Shown: in pieces, positions 47,330-57,204 of the stretch | How the letters are laid out: the number at the start of each line of letters is the position of its first letter | Numbering within the stretch: the first letter of the stretch is position 1 | Assembly (NCBI RefSeq): GCF_016433145.1 | Contig: NC_058134.1 | Location: forward strand, 107,961,791 to 108,025,790 | Source: Gracilinanus agilis | Lineage: Eukaryota | Length of the DNA: 64,000 nucleotides | Direction of reading: 5' to 3' | The notes under the pieces: model-generated | What the model was told of the DNA's origin: nothing | Databases searched by the model: none | Seen by the model: only the letters and a program-made list of their open reading frames with translations | Translations under genes and position numbers: made by a program

Positions 47330-49224
47330 ATTCTTCTCTTATCTCTAACTATTGTAGTTAGAAGATTTTTAGGGGTATAAGATGATTACATCAAATGATC
47401 AATTGGGGAGATGAATCTCCCTAATGATCACAAGGGGGATTGTGATAATGAGATTAAATCTACCTTGCCCATTCTTAAATCTAATAACCAAAAGTGTATA
47501 CAAATCCACTTAATTCCCAAGTGGGGAGGTCTGTGACCCACATGTGCAAAAATGGGTGATGAATCAGAATTGACTGACTGCCCCCTACGCAGTCCTAAGG
47601 AAAGCATCTGTTGTGATTGGACACATAAACTAAGAGGAAGGCATGGGAAGTGATGAAAGAAATGGCCTGGGTAAATTAAGAGAGCTTCTGGGGCTCAGCC
47701 TTTTGACTCTCTTCTCCTTTGTGTCTTGGATCTGAAGGAGCTCTTCTTGTTTGTGACTTGGACCAGGAGGAGCACTGGCTCCTGGGACCCTGAGACTTTG
47801 GTGAGACTGTTCTTAAATCTTCCCCTTAGAACTACACGTGATGAATGAAGAAGACTGACTACCTTAGCCTCCAGAGGGGCCCTTGATTGGGAGAAGCCCT
47901 CATGACTAAACCCCTTGTTAATTGACTTTTAGGCTCTCTGGCTGGGCCTCTGGGGCCCTGCTGGAGTAAAGCCCAGACTTGAATACAAATCTAATTCATT
48001 AAGTTAGATTTCTTACTTTATCCCCTTCTCATTTTCTTTACTTCCATTCTCTCCTATATTTTGTAAATAAATTACTAAAATCATTTTAGGAATTGGTATT
48101 TATTCAGTTCCTTGGCGACCACACCTTTAAATATTAATACATCCCTTCAAAACCCCCTTTTTTCCCTCTTACACCCATAAAACTCTGGCTACAATCATTC
48201 ATTGCACAGCATCCTGTTCATGATTTCCATAATCCTTTCTTAAGATATATATGAGGATATATTTGCTTCTTAGAATTTTGTAGCTACAATATAAATCAAT
48301 AAACATTGCTTGCACTAGTATACATACATGAATAGTCAAGCACATATCTTGTACTAGAAAGTTATTCTCCATCCACTACAGAATCATAGAAAGCACTCAT
48401 ATGTAGAATCCCCAAAGGAAAATCCATAAACACCACCTGAAGGCTTTTGATACTCACTGAGAAAATGACCAAAGGTTATTTACTAACCTTGTTACTTGCC
48501 AAGAAAGTTTAAGAGACTCAATTCACTGGAAACATGCATACTCATATCAATTGGCTAGTATCCCATAAGTGTTGATTGTTACTGAATTTCTTTTGTTTTC
48601 ACTTCTAAAACTTTATGAGCTTTCCTCCTTTTTCTCTCAATAAAAACTTCATAGAAAAATATCTGTCTGGGTCTAAATGCCCCCATTACACATGACTTAT
48701 GGAAGAGACCCTATATATCCTTTGTTTTAGCTTAATTTGAGCAAATCAGGAAACATTACAGTCTCATACATTTATTCCCCTCAAATAATTACCAAGATTA
48801 ATGATAAAATAATCTTACATTTCAAGAAGATATAGCAGATAACACTTAGACACATATAACATCCTGGAACCTTACAAAAGAAGGAGTGTTTCTAACACAT
48901 ACTTTGGAGATAGGACTTATCCTATACAAAACTGAAAGATGAAAAGCCATCTTTGGAATTGCTGTATAACCATTCCAGGAAGTGATTTGGCATATTATCA
49001 CCTTTATTTGGGCACATATTTGTCAGCATGTAGTATCCCACTCTCGTCTCCCAAAATACATACAATTGAAGATCATTCAATAAATCTCTTTGGGGTACTT
49101 AATTTTTGTGTATGGATTCCTTTTATCTCTCTTTAATGTGGATGCTGAGTGATCACATAATCAATATTTGAAGAGATATTTGCTCCAGAAGGAATTTAAA
49201 TGGGTAGGAGAAACTGAATGATTC

Positions 49225-49998
49225 TCTTTCTCATTTTATTTTATTTGGATTTTATTGTTCCCAATTATATGGAAAAAAAAACAAATTTTAGGCTTCATTT
49301 TTAGAACTTTTGAATTCCAAATTATCTCCCTCCTTCTCTGCTCTCACTCTTCATTGAGAAGGCAAGCCATTTGATATAGGTTAAGCAAATACAGTCAGGC
49401 AAAATATATTTGCATATTATTCATGTTGTGAAAGAAAACATAACTTCTACCTGGAAAAAAATGAAAAATACAGTTTTAAAAAGCCTACTTTAGACAGCAA
49501 TCAGATTCCATAGTTCTTTCTCTGGAAGCAGATAGCATTGTTCATCATGGGTCCTTCAGAATTGTCTTTATTGCTGAGAATACCTAATCCTTCACAGTTG
49601 ATCAGTATACAATATTGCTATTACTGTGTACTATGATCTCCCAGTTCCAGCCATTTCACATTGCATCAGTTCATTTAAGTCTTTCCAGGTTTTTCTGGGA
49701 ACATCCTAACACATAATTTCTTATAGAACAATATTATTCCATCATATTCATATAACACAATTTGTTCAGCCATTTTCTAATTGATTGATTTTCCTTCAAT
49801 TTCTAATTCTTTGTTACCACAAAAAGTAGCTATAAATATTTTAGGCATATATTCCTTTTTTATGTTTTGGTGTTGCTTTGGGATATACATCTAGTGGTAT
49901 GGCTGAGTCAAAGTGTATGCACACCTTTAAAGCATTGTTCCAAATTACTCTCCAGTCTGGTTGGATCAGTTCACAACTCTAAAAACAATGCTTTGGGG
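49225..49998 (-). mobile_element. L1 3' end, reverse; paralog of 17078-17840
   Basis: Continuous homology by eye. Confidence 0.8.
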
Positions 49999-50831
49999 TT
50001 TCAAACATACAGCTAGCTTTCATTTATTTTAAAAGTATATAATAAATTCAACATGTCACTTTCAAAACTTCATTTCTTCTCTGTTTTTTTCTTCTAAACT
50101 TCCTTCAGTTCTCTTCATTGCAATGCTTAAATATGAAACATCTACTAAAATACTAGACAAAAGCAGGAATAACTAGAGCATCTACTCAATAATAGGAATA
50201 ATAAAATAAGCAAGGGACCAACCATCCCCAAAAACTGATAATCAATTACCACCTATGAAATAAACAAGTCAGCCTAGTAAATCACCAAAGAACTCTGAGA
50301 GGCAGGAGAAAGGACGTGCCAGGAAAATTAAAACATCTAACATTTCCCCTCAAACCTGGACAGAAACTGCCTAAGACCCTGAATACTGGACCCTTGAGAA
50401 TAGTGGTATCTCCCTGACCACTGGAATTAACTTCCATCCCAGATATTACAGTAAGTACACTGTCCTTTAAAGTAAAAATATAAATTGCTGATGAACTGCT
50501 ACCAACTGCCAGTTAAGGTCAAAAGTCTCAGAATTGGCAGCAGCCCTCCCCTTCCTCCAAAAAAAAAAAAAAACAAAACACTAATCTTGCTTCCAATCCA
50601 AACTCCTCTGCTACTATTCTAGGAAGCACCTACTTTGAAGATGATGCCTGGAAACTACATCTAAAAATGCTATAACTACAACCTATTGGAAATTCAAAAA
50701 ATAAATTTGCAGTCATGCAGACCTTGATTGTAAAATATGATTTTATCATCTGAAGTGACATTAAAGACAAGGGATTTGCTTTGTAGCTGCTGCTCCCTAA
50801 GAAATTTGTAAAATCCCTAATATAAAAATCT

Positions 50832-51292
50832 TTCTCCTTAGAAGGAAAAATATAACAAATCCAGACAGCATACTAAAAAGCAGAAACATTCTCTTGTTGA
50901 CAAAGGTCCAGATAAAGCTGAGAACTACAGAGCCAATGATTTCGAGCTGTGGTGCTAGAGAAGACTTTTGTGGATCCTGTAGAAAGCAAGGAGATCAAAA
51001 CGATCAATACTTAAAGAAAATAATTCAGAAAATAAAGGTTAACAGAAGCTGAAGCTTAAATACTTTGGGCACATAATGAGAACACAGGATTCTGGAAATG
51101 ACCCTGACATTGGAAGACATTGAAGACAAAATTAAAAGAGGATGGCAGAGCTGAGATAGATACATAGAGTCATGGAAACAATGAACATGTACACTCATAG
51201 ACTTTGAGAGATAGTGGAGGTAGAAGGGTCTGGTTGCATGGTCCATGGGGTCATGAAGAGTTGGGTACAACTGAATTAATGTAAAACAATAA
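50832..51292 (+). mobile_element. BovB-like RTE 3' fragment; paralog of 18856-19378
   Basis: ccagacagcatactaaaaagcagaaacatt...gagctgtggtgctagagaagac...gtccatggggtcatgaagagttggg. Confidence 0.88.
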
Positions 51293-53301
51293 CCACAGGA
51301 CTCTTATAATAGCAAAAATTCAAAGTTCAAAACACACACTAATTCAAAAGTTATTTGTAAATTGATTTCTGCTTCATTTTAATTTCTGAAACATCTAAGT
51401 ATCCAATTAGATTTTCTAATAAAATTGATTTACCTGTTATACAACTTTTCTCTTTTCCTATGAACCAGGAAAGAGAACACTTAAAATATGAGGTGAAATC
51501 ATTTTTATTTTGCTCCAATGTTACTCCTTACAAACTCTTCTCTAATTAGAAAAATGACTTTCCTTTCTTGCTTGTGAAACAACCATTCCTGGGCATAGGA
51601 AATGCTCTGAATTCCCTTGAAACAGATTTTAATGGATGTAAATTTCAAACTAGCTAGAATACTTCAACATTTTGTAAAAACTCATTTAAGTTATAATTTG
51701 GAAACACATAATTGAAAACTTTCCTTTTAGTCACAAACTCAGTTTCTAATTAATCATGAAAAAAAATTACACAATCTGAGAGAAAACATTCTCTTATTTC
51801 TTATCTATCTTTCCCTCCTCACACCCTAAAACTTCCTCAGAATTTGGATGTAAAAAATGAAGACTTCATGATGAAGGCTTAAAGAGCTTTTAAAGAATAG
51901 ATCACAAAATACAGAGAGATTTTTATTTTCCTTCTAAGTTACATGCACACATGATTCTAAAAGGAAAATGACACAACAAATCAAATACAGAACCAGTTAT
52001 AAATATACAGACAAACAAACAGACAGTTATAAAAGTTCCAATATTTCTTTACTGCTGAAACTATAGTTACCAGTTTTAATTACCTCTCTGCAAAAAAGTA
52101 TTTACTGGTTCAAATTAACTCATTAAGTCTTCACATATTGCTTTACACAGTCTGCTACTGCATACTTCTCTCTCCCAAACACACATAAAACAGATTTGCT
52201 CTATAATTTCTCATTTTCCTAAAGACCTTGCTGACTAGAGAACAAGGTTGTAACATCACTAAGCCCCTAAGTCGGACTTCAAGCAAGAAAAGGACTCAGA
52301 AGAACACTACCTACTCCTAGGCTAGAATATATAATTTATTCAACTTCCACCGCCCAACAAAAAATAATTTTGAAGAGCATCATACAGGAGCATTTCTAAG
52401 TATATATGGATAGGAAAACAGGATTTCCTCCCTCTAGAACTTCAGAGAATGTCAAATGTCAAGCTCTTCCTCTATCCTCCAAAAAAAATTAACGTCTTCA
52501 TTAAAGACTAAAAGCTCATTGTATGTCTCAGTAAATATCTTTCAATTCTGGGAGGAGAGATCTTTGAAGGATGAATTCTTTTCAAAAGATAGTTCTAAAA
52601 ACGTACCAAGTTTTAAATATCGCCAATTATTTACAAATCTTGTAACTTATAATCTTCTGATATAAATTAGGTTACAAAACAAATACAAAATTAAACATAC
52701 ATTATTATTCACTCACCCTCTTTTGCCTAGAGGAAAAAAAAAGATTGTTGGGAATCTGGAGAGAAATAATCCACAACCAAAAGTACCTAACAGAAACTCT
52801 CCATTTGTGGAAAATTATTCCCCTTGAGTCCAATAAAATAGGGGAGGTCTTGATAAAGATCTGGAGGGTGGCACTTCTTTCCCTATCTGACTATCACTAT
52901 TAAAACTTAATAAAATGGAACCCTGAAGTAAATCTCTGAGCAAGAGAACATTTATTACATGGCCATGCTCTATGTCAATAAATGGGTCAGTGGTTTGCTT
53001 CCATTTATGCCAAAGGTCCCAAGCAAAAGAATACTTCCCCTTTTTTATGTTTTGGGAGTAAAGAGCAAAAAACAAGACAGGGTAGATGACATCATGGCTG
53101 CTAACAAAGGTGAAGCATAGAGAACATGATTGGTTGGAAGTTTGGTCATGTGTGCTAGCAAGGACGCTACCCCTCTTCTTCTGTCATAAGAATAAGAAGT
53201 GTTCATTACTTGAGTGCAAGTGTGAGATAGTGGTCTAGACTTGAGGACAGCAATGCAGAGATCCTTGAAGGATAGCTCCAAGTGTAAAGATATGAGGCCA
53301 A

Positions 53302-53500
53302 GGAGCAGCAAAGTGGCTCAATGGTTTGCAAACCTGGCTTTGGAGATGTGAGGTTCTGGTATCAAATCTAGATTCAGACACTTCCTAGCTGTGTGGCCCT
53401 GGGAAAGTCACTAAATTCCAATTGGTTAGCCCTTACCATTCTTCTGCCTTAGAACCAATATTGTATTGGTTCTAAGGCAGAATGTATGGGTGGAAAAAAT
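53302..53500 (+). mobile_element. older SINE1_Mdo-like SINE; paralog of 21375-21572
   Basis: gtggctcaatgg...cagacacttcctagctgtgtggccctgggaaagtcact. Confidence 0.75.
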
Positions 53501-53884
53501 ATATATAAGGATGATCTCTCTTTGTGTTTCCCTCCCCCCAAGATCAGCTAAATTCCTTGCAGTAAGAATAGATCAGTAACTAGCAAGAGAAATGGATTTC
53601 TAAAATTAGCCCTTTAAAAGCCAGCTGAATTCTGAACTAAGTTCAGAGTCAAGAAACCAAGACTTAAAGCAATTTTAAGATTGAAGGGGCTACAGGACAA
53701 AATCAATTACTTGTAAATTGGTTCAACAAGAAAATGATACAGAATGGATTTCAATCTTCTCAACAACAAAGATTAAGTCATTTTTCACAATAGGGCTAAG
53801 AACTTGGATCTATGATTTCTTTGGTATAGGAAATTTCTGAACAAGAAACCACACATGGTCTATGCAGGTAGTTCTCTTCTATTT

Positions 53885-54063
53885 TTTTAAACCCTTAACT
53901 TCTGTGTATTGGGTCATAGGTGGAAGAGTGGTAAGGGTGGGCAATGGGGGTCAAGTGACTTGCCCAGGGTCACACAGCTGTCTGTGTCTGAGGCCAGATT
54001 TGAACCTAGGACCTCCCATCTCTAGGCCCTACTCTCAATCCACTGAGCTACCCAGCTGCCCCC
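53885..54063 (-). mobile_element. SINE1_Mdo-like SINE specific to unit 5
   Basis: TSD ttctcttctattt at 53872-53884 and 54066-54078. Confidence 0.9.
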
Positions 54064-55351
54064 TCTTCTCTTCTATTTAGAGAGAGTAACCTACACAACT
54101 GAGGTATTAAGCGTTAATCAGCCTAGATGTGTCAAATATAACACTTGAACCCAGGTCTTCCTGGGTCTGAGACCAGCTCCCTCTCCTTTTCATTTGCCCC
54201 TTGATTGATAACAAAGTGAATTGTGGAAGCTCCTGAATTTTACCTGTAAGTTCTTATTACTTTAAATTTTGTAATAAATTGTGTCTTATGTTATAAGAAA
54301 AAAATCTAAAGATTCAGAGATATTATGTTATAAGAAAAAAATTGGATCCCATTATTTCGGTATATCATCAATACTCCACTCTGTGAATAACAATGTGTCT
54401 TCTCCTCTCTTTATGGTATTTACCTATGCCTCCTATGGAATACTTCTCCACTGCAGAAGAAAATGGCATTCCAGTATCTTTGCCTACAAAATCCAATGAA
54501 CAGTGTGATACATAGAGTCACAAAGAGATGGACACAACTAAATGACTGAACAACAACCACCAATAGAATATGAAATCTACCTCCCTGTATGTTTGACCCA
54601 AAAGCACATTTCTTAGAGTAAAATGAGACCTCAGCTTTTTAATGATTTGATGCTCTCTCTTCACTGTGGTTCTCCTGTACCTTGAAACAATGATTCCTCA
54701 TCTCTGAATGGCTCTAAGAAAATAATCATTTTTAATGTAGTACTCTAAGGTTTGCAGAGTGTTTTGTTATTATTCTCAAAATCAATGTGTTGGGCACCAT
54801 CAAAATGGTTAAATTATCAGAAAATTATGAAGTTTTACTAATATAAATAATACAAAAGAAGATGTATTAGAATTTCTCTTGCTTGCCAACCTAAGTACTA
54901 CTGAATTTTTTCTTCTATCTGACTTGAAACTGAACCTTGTGTGGTTTTTCTGTCTATCAGAATATTCTTTCCTTGAGAATAGAATTGTCTCACCTTTCTA
55001 CTTGTATCTCCAGCCCTCATATGTTAAGTGCTTTTTTATTCGTTGATGTCTACATTATCTCATTGATTCTTACAACAACCCTATAAAGTAGGTGCAATTA
55101 TTTTCCTGAGATTCAGAGAGCTTAAATAACTTGCACACTATCACACAGATAATAAGCATCAGAAGCAGAATTTGAATTCATTTCTTCCTGATCTCAAGTC
55201 CAACACTCTATCCTGGGGCCCTGATGCTTCTCCCTCTGGATAGCTGGCATGGAAATCTAATATCTGTGTGGACCTGCAACCTTTGGATTTCAAATACTAA
55301 TACTTTCTTCCCTGTGACTCTGTCCCCTCCCTTCTCTGTCATACTGCACCA

Positions 55352-55359
55352 ATTTGCAT
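55352..55359. promoter_or_regulatory. octamer motif ATTTGCAT, -297 from the copy 5 ATG
   Basis: Exact octamer at the conserved position. Confidence 0.55.
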
Positions 55360-55648
55360 CCCAGTATAGAGTAGCTCAGTCTTTTCTCTGATCAGTTGAA
55401 TCTAGGGTCTGGACTCCAGAAACACCTGTAGATCTTAATCTGAATGAATCAAGATAGTTGCTGTAGAGCTGATCACAAGAACTTCTGGGTCCTTTCTGGA
55501 CAGTGACAGAAGCATTCCCAAGACTAAGAAGGGAAAATCACCACCATAGTTGAATAGCTGGCATTTCTGTCTTCCTGACAGTATTCAGGGAAGATAGAAG
55601 AAAAAAAAAAGCAAGGAGAACCAGGGTGAGGTTTTGCCATCCACAGAC

Positions 55649-56575
55649 ATGACAAATCTTATATTAGTAGTAGTAATTTTGTTTGTGACCTTCATTATTT
55701 TCTTTCTGAGTACTTGGATAAATGGCTTCATTGTGTTGCTGCGATATATTACTTGGGTCAGAGACAGGAAAATTTCTTTGTCTGACTTTATCATCCTGAA
55801 CCTGGCTCTCTCCAGGATCATCCTGCATGGGATACCAATGATGGTTTTCGCTGTAACCATATTTTATCCCCATTTCCATCACTTGGATATATTTTTGTAT
55901 ATTGTTGATATTTTCTGGATGTTTACCAACAACTTAAACATCTCTCTGACCTCTTGCCTCAATGTCTTCTACTGCCTGAAGATTGCCAGTTTCTCCCATA
56001 AGGCTTTCCTCTGGCTCAAGAGAAAAATATCTCATGTGGTTGTCTGGATTCTTCTGGGATCTCTGCTCTATTCCTGCTTCAGCACACTGGCATTGGTCCT
56101 GAAATTCCATGTTTATTCTGACATGAGTCAAATGATACGCTCAAGAAACGACACTGAAGAAATCAGAAGAATAAAAACTCACTATTATCTCTTGCATTTT
56201 CTTGGTACTCTCTGGTCATTCATTCCATTCTCCTTGTCCCTGCTCTCCTCTGTCCTGCTCATTCTCTCCCTAGTGAGACATACCAAGCAGATGAAGCATC
56301 ATTCCACTGGCACCAAGGATCTAAGTACCATGGCCCATGTGAGAGCCACCAAAGTCATCCTCTTTTCTTTCATACTCTTCATTGGATACCTCCTCACCTT
56401 CTTTCTTGCTATGTATAGTTTTTTCTTTCCACATTTTCTGCTGGTAATGATTTTGTCACTAATTTTCACAGTTTTTTCCTCTGTTCAAACCTTTACTCTA
56501 ATCCTGGAAAATCAGAAGCTAAAGCAAGAATTCCTCTGGATGTTTCAGGTCATAAAGAGGAGGCCAAAATGTTAG
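55649..56575 (+). CDS. TAS2R3: Bitter taste receptor, TAS2R3-like copy 5 (308 aa)
   Basis: First ATG at 55649 (the track's start is a TTG). Intact ORF with LALSRI, FYCLKIASFSH, LSLVRHTKQM, KDLSTMAHVRA and sequon NDT. Confidence 0.88.
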   Translation: MTNLILVVVILFVTFIIFFLSTWINGFIVLLRYITWVRDRKISLSDFIILNLALSRIILHGIPMMVFAVTIFYPHFHHLDIFLYIVDIFWMFTNNLNISLTSCLNVFYCLKIASFSHKAFLWLKRKISHVVVWILLGSLLYSCFSTLALVLKFHVYSDMSQMIRSRNDTEEIRRIKTHYYLLHFLGTLWSFIPFSLSLLSSVLLILSLVRHTKQMKHHSTGTKDLSTMAHVRATKVILFSFILFIGYLLTFFLAMYSFFFPHFLLVMILSLIFTVFSSVQTFTLILENQKLKQEFLWMFQVIKRRPKC

Positions 56576-56919
56576 GCCTTGGGAACTTTCATCTGAGACT
56601 TGAGAAAAGAGTTCACAAATTTTAAATGTTTCAGGAATGTGCTCTTTCATCACTTTCCTCCATCTCTTACTCTTTATAACTATAACAATTCTATAACAAA
56701 CTCTATAATATTTTGTGCTTGATAAAAATTAAGGATGTAATATCATATAAAGGAAAGAGCCCCATAACTGGATCCCCAAAACTTGGATTAATTTCTCTAC
56801 TTATTTTTGAGAGCTTGAAAAAGTTATTTTATGCTTCTCAACCTTCATTCTATTATCCACAAAAAGGCAATCTTGGATCACCAGATTACTAAATTCCCTT
56901 GAAGTTTTAAAATACAATG

Positions 56920-57000
56920 CAATAATTAATTAATACAATACAATAATTAAAATACAATAATTAATTAATACAATACAATAATTAAAATACAATAATTATA
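56920..57000. repeat. 35-bp AT-rich tandem duplication in the copy 5 3' UTR
   Basis: caataattaattaatacaatacaataattaaaata repeated about 2.3 times. Confidence 0.8.
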
Positions 57001-57198
57001 ACCTCTTAAGACACAGATCAGAATTCAACCTCTTTCCTGATCTCTCTTTCCACCAGCAAATCTAACTCTTGGTGAAGTCTAAACTTATCACTGACTATGA
57101 TCCCCAGTATTCATAAAAACACAAAGTCTCATTCTTTGGAAGAAGTCTATGACAAGATCAAAATTTCTAATTCTGTCCATTATATTTAGTCACATGTA

Positions 57199-57204
57199 AA
57201 TAAA
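57199..57204 (+). terminator. candidate polyA signal of copy 5
   Basis: AATAAA in the conserved tttagtcacatg context. Confidence 0.5.

Larger units (their letters stand above)
42041..48173 (+). mobile_element. two-LTR ERV-like element without recognisable gag/pol (5' LTR 42041-43608, 3' LTR 47441-48173)
   Basis: Both LTRs start tgtgataatgagattaaatc and end ttaca. PBS-like tggcaacctgaagg at 43611, polypurine tract caagggggat at 47431-47440. Host flanks join up as in the paralogs. Confidence 0.85.
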
